Below are positions 28,461-42,059 of a DNA stretch of 64,000 bases, one piece after another; the stretch's first letter is position 1, and each line of letters begins with the position of its first letter. The stretch is from Chrysomallon squamiferum (taxonomy: Eukaryota; Animalia; Mollusca). The DNA lies in contig CM022677.1 of the NCBI GenBank assembly GCA_012295275.1, forward strand, positions 8,494,001 through 8,558,000. Direction: 5' to 3'. Below the pieces are notes generated by a model that saw only the letters and a list, made by a program, of their open reading frames with translations, had not been told where the DNA came from and made no database searches. The position numbers and the translations under genes are program-made.

Positions 28461-29753
28461 TTTTGATTTGAGGGTATATATATAAAGGATGAGTATATTT
28501 TCATTCCCCAGCACGTGAGAATGAGCTGCGTCAACTAAGGAAGCAGACGACAGAGCTTGAGGAGCAGAACGCAATTCTCAGTAAACACATAGAGAACATG
28601 AAACTTGCCATTGAGAAACTGGAAGTGGAGGCTGTGCAGCAGAGAAGTACAAACATGGCGCTACAGAGTCATCTAGAGATGTTACGTACGTCACTCACCA
28701 CTCACTTTGCCTCTGTACCCCTGCCAGGTTAGTAACGTACATCTTGTATGATCTGATGGGTGTGATTATTTTTGTGTGTGAGGGTGTTGTTTTCTTTACA
28801 TCACTGCCAGGTTAGCAGTATCAGTAAAGTTTTTGTAAATGTGTTTTTGTTCATTTTGTGTGTGCAGGGGGGGATAGGTGAGGAAAACTAAAGCTGATAC
28901 TCAGGTAGAATGTGACTAATTACTTCAGCCCAAACTCCTAAAAACTGTTGCTTTACTTAGTGAAATTTAATGATTTTAGCTGGTAATAACATGTTAAATA
29001 TATCCTTGTTTTATTTTTATTTAAACTGAAGTTTACTAATTGTATTTCAGGTACAAATGAAGTGCCCACACTAGAGACTATTGACACATACATGACAAAA
29101 CTTCACACCATCATCCTCGACTCTCCCCAAGACCACGAATCTCTCATCTCTACAGTGAGAGAAATCATTGGAAAACTAAATATAGAAGGGTAAAGATTTT
29201 CTTATTTCTAACATTATAGATAATATTTATAAATAAGTAAATCACTTTTGATCTCAGTAATAAATGAAATTCTTGCTATGCTAAATATTTAAAATATTGG
29301 AAATGAGTTTTGAAGCAAAAATGTAAGTAATTGCATTTGATGCTTAGTTCTTCAATAAAATAAAAAAATAAAAAGCTTAATTCACTATTTATCTATCTTG
29401 GGCTTTGAAATTAATAATTTGCATTTTTTAATTATTAACTGTTTTCCAATAATAAATGAAACTAATCCAGTTTTTGGTGAATCATTCACTGAAAATAAAA
29501 TATTTCTTATTTTATTAGAAAAAAAAAAAAAAATGGTTTCTGTTTTTCTGTTGTTCCCTTTTCTTCCTTTTTATTTTTATTATTTTATTTTTTAATTTTA
29601 TTTTTTTTTTTACATTTATGCTGTTATTCTAAATATATTTTAATTATTATTATTATTGTTATCATTACTTTTTATTTATGTATTTCTAAAATATATTCTA
29701 TTTATTTATTTGTTTATAGTTATTTTTTTTTTTTCAGACCTGATAAATTATGA
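23857..29753 (+). CDS. HMG20A: HMG-box protein 20A/20B-like (iBRAF/BRAF35 family), 10 coding exons, 355 aa
   Basis: Manual splice join 23857-23981, 24242-24318, 24798-24841, 25174-25383, 26496-26610, 27216-27265, 27557-27632, 28512-28727, 29051-29189, 29738-29753 = 1068 nt, open frame with matching phases. Motifs: [17 protein letters not shown] box ([17 protein letters not shown]...[26 protein letters not shown]), [26 protein letters not shown], coiled coil, [23 protein letters not shown]. An invertebrate gene is likely co-orthologous to HMG20A and HMG20B. Confidence 0.95.
27690..28200 (-). mobile_element. Highly decayed CR1/L2-like LINE reverse-transcriptase fragment in HMG20A intron
   Basis: Collinear minus-strand peptide relics across frames: KTFDN (like KAFDK), MKIF, RFN..CKHM, LAIMVSQ (like LGVLVS), RTANRML (like KANRMLG). 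Many stops and frameshifts; recognised by eye only. Confidence 0.5.
28265..28500. repeat. TTTGATTTGAGGGTATATA-based tandem repeat abutting an HMG20A acceptor
   Basis: Several copies separated by (TA)n, ending just before the AG at 28510-28511. Confidence 0.8.
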
Positions 29754-30560
29754 CAGTAATTCTGTTCAGAATGATGTTGTATGGTAGAAATCACTTTTAT
29801 TGAAGTTCTACGCAAATTCTGATAGCTTATGAAGTTACAGACAAAGACTGTTATTGTTTAAAAAAAAAAAAAAAGAAACAGAAAAGAAAATGACGAGAAA
29901 GCAAGAGAGTATAGAGGGCAAAAGAAAACTTTATTTCAGGAACACTCAATTATTCTAAGAATTTTCTGTAATTTATTTGTTGTTTCTTTTATTGCCAAAC
30001 ATTTAAAAAAATATTTTATTACTGATTATTCTTTCCTTTTTTGGTTATAATTTTTTAATGCATTAAATAATTTGTTATCTAGTCAGAAGTTCTTTTACAC
30101 TTAATGCATTATGGAACTACAGTTTTACTTAATATTAAAAATTGTTTGTCACTTTGTTAAAAAAGAAATGATTCCTGACTGATTTTACTATCTTACAATG
30201 TTTAGAAATGTGATTTCACTGTATGAAGAGTTCCATTTTTATAATTGATATTAAAGTTAATTTTTTTATTATCTTTTTAAAATCAACTTATGTTTTAACA
30301 TGTTTTCAGTGAACATATCTTGTTAAATGAATTTCACTTCATTTGTACATTCAAGTTTGCAATGAATGTAAAATCATTATATTTCTGTATATGGTGTTAA
30401 AATTAGCTTTCTGATGTAAGTAATTAAGATTTTTTTTAATGTATAAAAAAAAAGGTTACTCAATTTACATAAAAAGAGCATCTAAAACTCACTGAAAAGT
30501 GAATTTTATTATATATAAAAAATGAATATTATTTGCATAATTATTGTACTTTATTATCAG

Positions 30561-30595
<35 letters not shown>

Positions 30596-31494
30596 TCAGT
30601 TTTATTTGTTGTTTTATTTATTTTTTCACTTTCTATCATTCCAGTCTTTTCATATTTTATGTGCTTTCCACCTTTCCATGGAAAGCATCACTCTTCATTG
30701 TTGCCTATAAATTTACCATTTATTATTATCAGTTTTTTGTTTCTAAATTTTCTTTTCTTTAGCACAGTCTTCATAGTATCATTAAATCCAAATGTTTTGG
30801 ATTTTGAAAAGAAAAAAAAAGAAAAGCAACAACAAACAATTATGATCCATACAGGGTAATTAATAGATTTGAATATTTTTATGATGTCAGAAGCAGACAA
30901 TTTTCTTGGCCAGAGTTTTTCTTTAGACATCATCATCATAACGTTTTTTTATAATCATCATTATCATTACCAGTTTTGTTATTATAATTTTTTAATTTTT
31001 TTTTATCATACCATTATTATTATCATCATCATCTCTAGTTTACACATTTATGATAATTATTAATTTTTTCAGGTAAATAAATAAATAATAATTTTGACTT
31101 TAATAAAAAATTAAAAAATTTAAAAATGTATAAATGTTGTTTTAATAAAAATTTAACAAATGTATAAATATGGTGTTGGTTTTTTTTGTGGTTTTTTTAA
31201 TTTAGAGTGACATTATTATCATTAAACCTACTTTATTTTAAAAAAATAATATTAATTATATTTTTGCAGCCAGTTATTAATTTTAACAAAAACCCTCCCA
31301 AAAAACCCACACCTGACTATTGGTTTATGCACAGGCAACCTAATCTGCAGTTGCACCAAGAAACCAGAAAAGTTTTATTTTTGTGCCATAAATGAAGACT
31401 ACTTCATTTCACAAAATACTGATTTGTTAATTACTACTATTAATAGTGATAATAACTATAATATATTTTATATGTAATGTAGGGGTACCTGCTA

Positions 31495-31545
31495 CTGTTT
31501 TATTATTGTTATTATTATTGCTATTTCTATTATTATTAGTATTAC

Positions 31546-31636
<91 letters not shown>

Positions 31637-31637
31637 T
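31495..31637. repeat. (TAT)n trinucleotide microsatellite, representative of many AAT/ATT, CA and TA tracts in the window
   Basis: Directly visible. Confidence 0.95.
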
Positions 31638-31909
31638 TAAAGGTGACTTTTATAGCTTTTGGACCAATATGTTTTGTTTTTTTATTCATTGTTTTTATAT
31701 ATACTATCTGGCATGTTCCCAAAACTGGCAGTCTCCAGATTATGTAATTGGTGAGGTGTTATAATCCGCTTCCAGAAATGGGAAAACTGGCGTGAGCAAT
31801 TAAGGCCAATTTAGAGGCATGAAGAACAGAGGGGACGATTAACGAGATTAACTTTAATGAGCAGCGAAGACAGGAAACTGTACAGTCATGATGCTTGTTA
31901 TGTTTGATC

Positions 31910-32310
31910 ATGGCTGCGAAGGGAGAAATTCTGGACGGCAGAAAACCAGGTGCAGACCTCATACTTGATGGATAAAGGTATGCACTGCAGATTAGTAACA
32001 AGAATGGTATTGTACCATGGAGATGTTTATATTCGAGGTGCCTTGCCACCGTGACTACTACACCGGATGGGACTGTGGTCAGGAGAGGTAGAGACCACAT
32101 CCATTCCTTGGATGACAGCAACGTTGCTGTCCACCTACTGACCAACACCATGCGGAAGCAAGCATGGGAGGAGCTGACCAGTTTCCCAAAGATATATGAC
32201 AAGGAGAGGAAGTTTGTTGAAGCAACACCACAGGACATAGCTTCCAAGCTGAGTATGTTTGAGGGCATCAAATCCAGCTTGTACTGACTGAGACCGAAAA
32301 AGGTCCCGCA
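31910..32310 (+). pseudogene. FLYWCH zinc-finger N-terminal part of a MULE transposase, with in-frame stops and lacking the DDE domain
   Basis: Reads MAAKGEILDGRKPGADLILDG*RYALQISNKNGIVPWRCLYSRCLATVTTTPDGTVVRRGRDHIH...KLSMFEGIKSSLY*LRPKKVP. The L-x-x-DG-x-x-Y...WRC-x4-C...HxH pattern is FLYWCH-like. Confidence 0.8.
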
Positions 32311-32417
32311 AACTGGAACATTTCTTGCATAGAGTGTGACTGATTGTCCTACAAATTATGGACAAAATACAGTTTAACAAAAGTACATCAATTAAGGTGA
32401 TGGGCCATCAATTAAAG

Positions 32418-35278
32418 CAGTGTTTCTCAACCTTTTTTTACTCTCGACATACCTACGAGCACATGAAACTGTCGCGACACAGTAATAATTTTAAATATTA
32501 TATAATGAGATCGTAAAATAAATATATGGACTTGTCTGATACAGTTTATTATGTTAGTATCCCAGAATTGCCACTTACCTACTGTGAAATTTGTGCCTGG
32601 TGTTGTCTTATGACTTCTTGAATATTTGGTCGTATGTGCGATAAGCAAACTCTCATTTCTTCTTCAGTGGAACGTAGTCTTTCTCTCTTCTTATTTTTTA
32701 TATTATTTAAGGTTGAAAAGCCCAATTCACACAAATAAGAAGTAGAGAATTGTAAAAGAACTAATAGGGCTTTTTCAGCTAATGTGGGAAATTCCTTTTG
32801 TATTGAAATCCAAAATGTGTCGATATCTACCTCAGAATGCTTTATTTTAAGACTGCGGTCACTTGAAATGGTAGCCAATTCTTCTTCGCATAATTTAAAC
32901 CCAATATTAGAAGGAACATCTACAAAAGGATTACGAACCCAGTCGTACTTTTCAGTGTTCAGCGACGGAAAGTAGTGGTCGATGTTTTCTTCGAGCGCTG
33001 TTAGATGCTCCACCACGATAGGGGTCATTTCTTTAGTGCAGTTAGTACGCATTGTAGGAAACATCAAACTCACCCAACTTTGCTCTGTTTTTCCAAATAA
33101 CAATTTTCTTTTTAAGGGCAACCAATTTATCTGTCGAAGTTAGAATATTTTCATTTCGACCTTGCATACTACTGTTCACAATATTAAGTTGACCAAATAT
33201 TTCCGTTAAATATTCCATTTTGGCCATCCAAAATTCACATCGAAGATATTTACAAAATCTTTCGTGCTTTTCTTTATCAAAAAATACTATTAATTCCTTC
33301 TGTAATTCATGAACGCGAGTTAACACTTTACCTTTTGACAGCCATTGAACGTCAGTATGCATGAGTAAGCGAACATGTTGAGAATTGACAATTTCAACTA
33401 CTTGATGTAACACTTGCTTCAAATCTTCTTGTGATACTTTTGAAACTAAAACTTCTCTATGTAAAAAGCAATGAGTACGAACAAGATTTGGATTTTCTTT
33501 CTATGCTAGTGATGCAAAACCTTTAATGCAGCCTACCATACATGGTGCATAATCAGTACAAATACCAACACAAAACTTCCACGTCAAATTCATTTTAATT
33601 ATAATGACAGCCGGTTATCATATCAAAAATAGCTTGACCTCTAGTAGTGGTTGGCCTTTCTTTACAACACAAAAACTGATTGATTATTTCATCGTCATTA
33701 ATGAAACGAACAAATACAAGCAATTGAGCACTGTTACTGATATCGGTCGATTCATCAACTATTAAAGCAAATTTAGATCCTTCAAGTTTTTTCTGAACAT
33801 TAGTTTCAATGTTTTCAGATAAATCTACAATTCTCCTGTGTATTGTATCATTTGAAAGCGGAATTTTACTAATTTCTTTTTCAGCTGTTTCGCCTAACAT
33901 GGATTTCACCATCTTTTTACAAGCGGGAAGGATAACTGACTCAGCAAGAGTGTGGGATTTGGATTTCATTGCTATTATTTCAGCTACCTCAATTGAAGCG
34001 AGTTGAGCCCGTTCAGACACGGTCATTGTTTTCTGAAAAACATTGCGTTGCTTTGATTGCTGTTGTAACAGTCTTTGAAAATAATTAAGATCTTTATCTT
34101 GTAGGTCGGAATGTTTAGTCGTGAAATGTCTTTGTAATTTATTTGGTACCATGGATTCATTGGCCATTTTTTCACCACAAACTATACATAATGGACATGG
34201 TTGAGCAACATCTTCTGACCAAGAAAATCCAAACTTCAAAAAATCATCACAATACCGTCTATTATGGTGAACTTTTGCCTTTTTTGTGCTGGATTTTGTG
34301 GGCTTCATTGTATGTTCTGTTTCAACCTCACACCCGTCACTAACATCCTTCCTTTTAACAAATTTATCCATTGTGAAGGGGTATTCATAAGCAATTAACA
34401 CGCGCGTACTCTAACCAATAATAGTAAACAAAAGGCAGTGTTAAACTGATCCGTGTGTCAACGGTCAACCTCCTGTGTCAAACTGGATCATTAAGTAGTG
34501 TTCAAATTTTTTTTCACTCAATCACCTTCTGAAATATATGGTAAAAACTAAAACTAACCTTTATTCTACCAATGCAATAACAAAAACTGAATATCCTTAT
34601 TTAATTAATTCACCATATGATTTAACTCAAGTATTGCGAGCTAAAAACAAGTTTGAAAGTACGCGAACAACACTGGTTCTGAGCTAAACAAATTGAAAAA
34701 TATGCAAGCACAGAAAACAGCGTTCAGTTCTAGTTATGATTAGTCACAAGCTAATTTAGTTTAAATTCATCTGTAATTGAGTGTGCAGTACGATTGAGTT
34801 CGATGTAAGTAAATAGTAAACACTGTTAACTGAACAGATTTGCCGAGACGACAGATTTGCAAAATCTGTTCTAACTAGCATAATTTCTTAACTAAATACA
34901 CCTAGTTAGCTACATCTCTTTACTAATAAGTGTTTAAGAATGACAATAATTTAAAACACAGCGAAGTTAATTCGGCAATCGGCATTATGCACGCGCACAC
35001 ACGACCAGTGCGGAACAACACCACACACACAACCTATCACACTGACGTCTTATGGGCAACTGGTCGACCTTGAGCGAAAGGTGCAAAGGTTGGTGGCCGC
35101 CACTGATTGGTGGACTTTGAATGTGTGCATATTCACTGGAGAAAGGAAGTTCCTTCCTCCAAGGCATATTAGTAGAACATGAAACTGAGATTTATGCACA
35201 TTGTCCGTGTTTTCAGGTGTTCGTCACAAAGTTTCGCGACACACTTGTGTGTCGCGACACGGCGGTTGAGAATCACTG
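32418..35278 (-). mobile_element. hAT-superfamily DNA transposon, Buster/Charlie clade, full length 2861 bp, decayed
   Basis: TIRs CAGTGTTTCTCAACC / CAGTGATTCTCAACC (14/15), perfect 8-bp TSD AATTAAAG (32410-32417 and 35279-35286) fitting the Buster nnnTAnnn target, subterminal TGTCGCGACA palindromes at both ends, internal transposase. Confidence 0.95.
32579..34371 (-). pseudogene. Buster/Charlie-type (ZBED5/SCAND3-like) hAT transposase, disrupted
   Basis: Three ORF pieces (34371-33595, 33422-33042, 33121-32579): BED finger CPLCIVC...NKLQRHFTTKH, IPLSNDTIHRRI, FALIVDESTDIS..AQLLVFVRF, HTDVQWLSKGKVL, QFSTSYLCELGFS..IKNKKRERL. Frameshifts near 33600 and 33060 plus an in-frame TAG near 33501. 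Confidence 0.92.
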
Positions 35279-36786
35279 AATTAAAGTGACGGAACACCAA
35301 TTAGTAAGGGTGAGAAATAAAATGCCAGAAATGGAACAACTGGCGTGACCAATTAAGATGTGTTATAATCTCACTGCCAGATTTGGGAATAAACCATACT
35401 ATCTACATATCATTTGTTTTTTTAATTTTTAATTTCGTATTTAAAAAAAAAAAATTAACTATTGATTTATTATCAAGTTTACAGACTAAGTTATGACACT
35501 GATAATGCAACAGTAGAGAAGAATATGACCTATGGCTATTGCCCAAAAGAACAAGAAAAATCCCCCCCAAAAAAAAATAAAAATCAAATCAAATCCAAAA
35601 AAATCCAAAACAAATAATAATAAAGAAAAGAAAAGAAAGAAAATACCCCAAACCTGCCATTTAAATTATAGCATTTTTGTTTGACGATCTGCATCATTTC
35701 TAACCTAACAAATTAACAAATAATAACAAACAACAACAACAACAGCAACAAATAATAATAATAATAATGAATACAACACCAAAAATGAAATTTAAAAAAA
35801 TGAAAAATTTAACAATGTCTTCAGCAATAAATAATAATTAAAAAAAAGATTACGATAAAATATATGGCAACCATGAAAACAATAGAAATGGGAGAAAAGA
35901 AGCATCTAACAGATTAATAAAACAACAGCAACAAAGAAAAATAATGAACACAACAACAGTTACAACAGTGAAGGAAACAAATAGAAAACAAATTAATAAA
36001 TAGAAAAAAATATATTATATAAAATAAAAAAAATAATAAAACAATAATAAAAAATAAAACATAAATAAAATATATAAATAAATAAAAAATCCAACAAGAT
36101 ATCTTAATTAAACAAATGGTATCTGAATATTTCCAATATAAAATTAATTTAATATTATGTATATTGCATTATATACAATGTGCAAGTAAATAATAATATT
36201 TTTTCAGTTAAAATGTTAGAATTAATTTTTGAAAATAATAAAATAAAAATATTTACTTCTACCCTGAATTTTTTCATTAGCTCATTTGATGTAATAATTT
36301 AATTGAAAGGAAAAGATAAATGATGCTATATAATAAAAGCATTATCCACGAAATTGTAAGCTTAAATGACCACTTCATGAAACAATAAAAAATATTAACA
36401 GTAAATTAAATCAATCAATTTAAAAACCACAGGAAAAAGGTACAATAAAATAAAAGTTGAAAATAATAATAATAATAATAATTGTTATTATTATTATTAT
36501 TAAGATACACTGGGGAAAAATAAAAATACAATTAAAAATACAATAAATAAGAGTTGAAAGAAATAATGATAACAATAAAGAGAGAAGGAAAATAAGGCTA
36601 TTTTTAAAAAAGATAAAAAGAAAACAGATAAAGTTCACTTAAAATTGGTGTATTTTGTAAGCTCTTTTTATAAAATCATCATTCATCAAAAAAATCTGTA
36701 TCATTTGCTGTGAAATGTGATCATATGGAAAATAATTAAAATAATAGAAATCTGTTCAATTAAAAAACCAAAATCAAATCAAAACA

Positions 36787-36834
<48 letters not shown>

Positions 36835-36895
36835 CAACGGTCTGTACTATTTTCTTATTTTTCCCATTTATTCCTGTTATATCTATACATGAATC

Positions 36896-36941
<46 letters not shown>

Positions 36942-38839
36942 CACACACACACACACATACACATCAGACACATAGACACAAAGACACACAATAGACACAT
37001 ATACAGACACACACACAAACACACACATACACACACACACACACACACCCACACACACACCTATCATTCAGCTGAGTATCTATGAATAATAGTGTCTTTA
37101 CAATTGTACCCAGAGATATCCGTCGTTAATAAACTTTAGTTAACTTTACCTCAGTGACATCCACTGATTAGTCATATTATAGTCACTGTCATAATTATTA
37201 AATAAATAAATAAATACATTTAATATTAATAGTATATACAAACACACCCATACACATACATATTTACATATATAAATCAAATAACAAGTAAATTAAAATA
37301 GAGATAGAGATTTGTTTTTTAAATTAGTTTATTAATAATTATAACTTTTAAAATGCTGTGGCTGGAGTAAATGATAACCTGTTGTTACTGTCAGTGTATG
37401 GATATCTTTTTTCAACAAAAGAACTTTATAACAATGTGATATTTAGAATATGACTGAAAATATATGTAATAATTATATTTTTAGTTAAGTTTGTATAAAT
37501 TGTATCATTTGCTTATTAATATTAATATTATTAAAATATAAAAAAATAAAATAAAAGTGTTGTTTGTACCTAGTTTCTTGGATCATGGCATGACCCTCAG
37601 TATGGGTCAGTGAGCCATTACAAACCTTGTTACAAAACAAGATACTGATGGACAACATCAGTCAGACACAAACCCACAGCCAAACCAACTCTGTTGTAAT
37701 CCACAAGTAAGGTATTTTTAACAAAATGAATAATCAGGATTTATAGTGGTGACAGTTTAGGTGTCATGGCAGATAGAAAACTGGATTATCTGTTTCAAGC
37801 AAACCTAAGCTGGTGGGCCTACAGATTAAGAAAGTTTTAAAATGGTTGATGAATTTCATGAAGCTGTCTCTAACCTTAGTTTCTGTGAATTAATATCAAA
37901 TGAAAAAGTATATAATAAAAACAAATCGATAAATAAACTGTCACAGGGAGAAGTATTATCATTTTTAAATTAACAAAAAGAACCAAAAAATTCTGCAGAT
38001 ATTACAGAAATTAAATCAGCAGATTAATTCATTAAGCAATAAATAATATTAATTTATTAATTTATGAGGTTTTTGCTTGAAACTATAAATATTTTTTATT
38101 AATGTTTCCCTTAAGTTTCTTGTTTACTCTGATATGAACTTTTATTTATTATTTTTTTTTCACTGAAGAAGTACGTCTTCCAGTAATATTTGTTTTATTA
38201 CATTTGTTTTATAAAGATAACTGTACTAAGCCTGATAGCTACTTTTCATGCTTTTTATCAGATGTAAGAATTATTTGAATCTAATATTTATAATAATTTA
38301 AAAATTTACTCCTCAAAAAACAACAGCATCACAAATAAAATATTCTAATGAAATTAAAAATAATTATATATATATGTATGTATATACACCCACACATTTT
38401 ATATGATTTGCTATCAGATACGGAGATCAAAAATATTCTCACACAGAAAACAAAGATCTGCTGTTCTGCATATTAAACAGAAATCTTGAAGCACACAAAA
38501 CATGTAAATGTGATCTTGTTCTTCAATCATCTGGCTCTTAACATGATTTCTTAGTACGATTCACATGATGTTGAGTTGTCTGTATTGAATCCCAAAGATG
38601 TTACCCACATTCAGTTCTGAAGATATTTCTCAAATGCTGAAGTTGTAGTACGATGACACTGTAAGGGGTATGTGTCTGATGTATGTCACTGCAAAATGTA
38701 AAAAAAATACAGAAATAACTGAAAGAAGGATATTGCGGCTGAATCAGTTGCAGAGCAGGCTGCTGAGGTTGTCTATATTTATCACTGATATATTTAGAGT
38801 TACCACCCTTGTGTGAGAGATACCATAGCAACAGATTTA

Positions 38840-38877
<38 letters not shown>

Positions 38878-39769
38878 TCTGTTGAACCAAAAATAACAAC
38901 ACACACTCACACACACACGATGACAACAAACTTACAATTCTGGTATTTTCTTAAGAATTTCTGTGCTCACTAAGTTCTGGACATCATTGTGTTATCTTGA
39001 TATCAGTTCAGGTAACTTTACAATTTCCTGTACACGAACATAACAATATTAATAATAATTACAGAAGTAGTAAGATAAATATCAGAAGAAAAAAAAAATA
39101 TAATAGTAATAACAAAAAAGTACAGTAATAGTAATAACACAATTATAATTATTATGATACAAAAAAAAAAAAAAAAAAATAATAATAATAATAATAATAA
39201 TAATTAGAATTACAATAATTATAAATATATTATAGGAAAAGAAACACAAAAATAAAAACCATCTCTTCACTTGTCTGTGTCTATATCTGTCTTTTTCTCT
39301 GGCTTTACTTATTCTGGAGACTGAAAAATAAATTTACAACTGAAAAGTTTAAATAAATAATAAATTATATATTAATGAACATATTTATTACAGGTATGAG
39401 CAGTAACTTCCTCCCAGTAAAATATTCTAATAAATATATAAATAAATAAGTAAATAAACAGAATTTTAATGTATATAATATATATAAAAAACAACTAAAG
39501 AAAATCTTACCTTTTTGCTTTTTTATAAAACAAGAGAATAATCTTAATTATCACCAGCTTTTTTTTTTCTCTGACTCTCTCTTTTTCTTTTTGTCACATA
39601 TTATTTGGTCAGCGAAAAATAAGTTACTAGAACACTTTAGAATTCCAGTCCTCTCCTAAAATCCGACTTCGAGTATAAAAATAAATCGAGTGAACAGTCT
39701 TAAATAATGTTCTTAAGGAAAACGTTGTGATTTCAAAATCTATAAAATAATTTCTCATGCAATTTTATT

Positions 39770-39806
<37 letters not shown>

Positions 39807-40018
39807 TTTTTTTTTTTTTATCAAATTCTATCTTCACTCTGAAAAAGAAATGAATCTTGCGCATGCCAGATACGCCCATACAATTGTGGTCAGTGGGAAG
39901 TTACTCTTTAACGTTTCACACAATAACAATAATAATAATAATAATAATATTTACTTCTGATTTTCCAGACTAGTTGACTGGTTATTTCCCCCTGCACCAC
40001 AAACATTTTTAGTGCATC

Positions 40019-40064
<46 letters not shown>

Positions 40065-40068
<4 letters not shown>

Positions 40069-40570
40069 GGTACCTTGACTTACGAGAGCCCCATCTTACG
40101 AGTTTTTCGAGTTACGAGCAGTCAGCCGGTGGATGTTTTTCTCCGCGTTACGAGCGAGCTTCAGATACGTCACCGCTCTTTACATTCCTTTTTATTTTGC
40201 TTTTATACAATATGACCGAGGTGTGCATGTCTTCGATCTGGCTAGGCAGTATGAGCGTAGTACTTGTACGGTATGTACCATTAAAATAATTTGTCTGATC
40301 TCCAACATAAATACACTTTAGAAAACCAATTTATTTCTTTACATTTTTATTTTGTTTTTATACAATATTTCTCATTTATAAATACATTTTTTTTATTATT
40401 CAAAAACACGTTACAAAATAATAATAATAATAATAAATGGTTTTGCGGGGCTGGAACGGATTACTGGTATTTCAATTAATTTAAGTTGTAAAAATTGATT
40501 TGATATACGAGCAAATTGAGATACAAGCTCGGTCACGTAACGAATTAAACTCGTAAGTCAAGGTAACACT

Positions 40571-40571
<1 letters not shown>
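40065..40571. mobile_element. MITE, Tc1/mariner-pogo (Tigger-like), 507 bp
   Basis: 22-bp TIRs CAGTGGTACCTTGACTTACGAG / CAGTGTTACCTTGACTTACGAG; TA on right flank, left flank merged in (CA)n; internal TTACGAG repeats; no ORF. Confidence 0.85.
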
Positions 40572-40601
<30 letters not shown>

Positions 40602-40606
<5 letters not shown>

Positions 40607-40932
40607 ACCGGACCAATTATCCGGCGTCCTGAAAGACCAGGATACCGGAAGCTTTTTCGCGACGCTATTTTTATAGTTGGCGCGCGTGGGTGTTGTCCTC
40701 ACCAGACCGGAACTATTCTTTCAAGCCGCGTGGCGTTTATTCATTCGCCGCATTGTTTACGTGTCGAGTCGCCACAATTATGTATCATCAATTTTCTTTA
40801 TGTTTTTAATTTTAAAATGTTTATGCTTAATTATTTACGTATTTAGATGCCTTGGTACCAGAAAACCGGAAAAATCCAGAAATCTGGAATGTCTCAAGCC
40901 CCAAGGAGTCCGGATAATTGGTCCGGTACCTG
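40602..40932. mobile_element. MITE, Tc1/mariner-pogo type, 331 bp
   Basis: Perfect 23-bp TIRs CAGGTACCGGACCAATTATCCGG; TA on right flank; CpG-rich interior suggests a young insertion. Confidence 0.88.
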
Positions 40933-41573
40933 TATAATTAAATAATAATAATAATTAAAAAATAATAATAAATAAAAGTAATAATAATACATTTTTTTTT
41001 CTTGTTCTTCTTTTTAACAAATTTTCTTACCTATTTACTTCTTTCAGTTTCAATGGATTCTAAGTACTTATATTATTTTCCATTTATTACAAAAAATTTC
41101 TCGGGTTTAGCTCATTAAAGAATAAATTTAAAACATTTATTAACTTTTCGTGCAAATGTTGAAATATCAAACTGACAAAAAAAAAAAAAAAAAAAAAAAA
41201 TGTGTATATATATATATATATAAACAACAAAAATAATAAAAGAATTAATAAGTATAATAATAATTACAACACATAAATAAATTTTAAAAATAGCTAAAAA
41301 TGATGACTAAAGTAAATAATAAATAATATATATTTTAAAAAATAATGATAAACTCTCTCTATACCATTATCATTATGCTCGTTATTTTTTTATAAAAGTA
41401 AGATAATAAAAGTATAAACATAATATATTACGATATAGTACGATAGAGTTCACCTAGCTAATATCATTTATATTATTTTGGATGACCTCTCTCTGCTAGT
41501 AAACATTCGCCTTCTTTTATAAAATATTTTTGATCTACACATAATGAACTTACTAATTAATGCTATAGCCACC

Positions 41574-41607
<34 letters not shown>

Positions 41608-42028
41608 AATATTACTCAATTTTGTTTATTATTTTTAATGTCTTCTTTTTTGGTTATTTTTCATCTTATTATATTTATTACCTTCAGACACACGCACATA
41701 CATATATACACATCTGTTTTATTTTTCAATCTTCTTTGTTCTCACACCTCTTTTTCTAATTCTTTTTTTTTTATTCTTTTTATATTTTTATATATATTTG
41801 TTTGTTTTTTGTTTCTTTCTTTATTTTTTTTTTTTTTTATTCGTTTGCCTTCTTTTTACATTTATATTCTTCAGTCTTCTTTTCTTTATATTATTTTATC
41901 ATATTTTATGCATTCAAGCTAAATTCACACTGTTTTTCTTTTATTCTTGTTGCTGTTATTCTTTAGTCATCTTATTACATTTATCATTATTTTATACATG
42001 CACACACAAATATATATATATACACACA

Positions 42029-42059
<31 letters not shown>

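Larger units (their letters stand above)
31710..35395 (+). mobile_element. Mutator-like (MULE) non-autonomous DNA transposon, about 817 bp once the inserted hAT is removed
   Basis: Imperfect 23-bp TIRs GGCATGTTCCCAAAACTGGCAGT / GGTTTATTCCCAAATCTGGCAGT, perfect 9-bp TSD ATACTATCT (31701-31709 and 35396-35404), shared subterminal motif CCAGAAATGG..AACTGGCGTGA.CAATTAAG at 31772-31804 and 35325-35357, FLYWCH remnant inside. Confidence 0.88.

Noticed and set aside
31759-32271. 170-aa minus-strand ORF
   Set aside because: Antisense shadow of the + strand FLYWCH/MULE remnant.
32579-34401. Domesticated ZBED5/SCAND3-type host gene
   Set aside because: Frameshifts and a stop, together with intact TIRs and TSD, show it is a decayed transposon.
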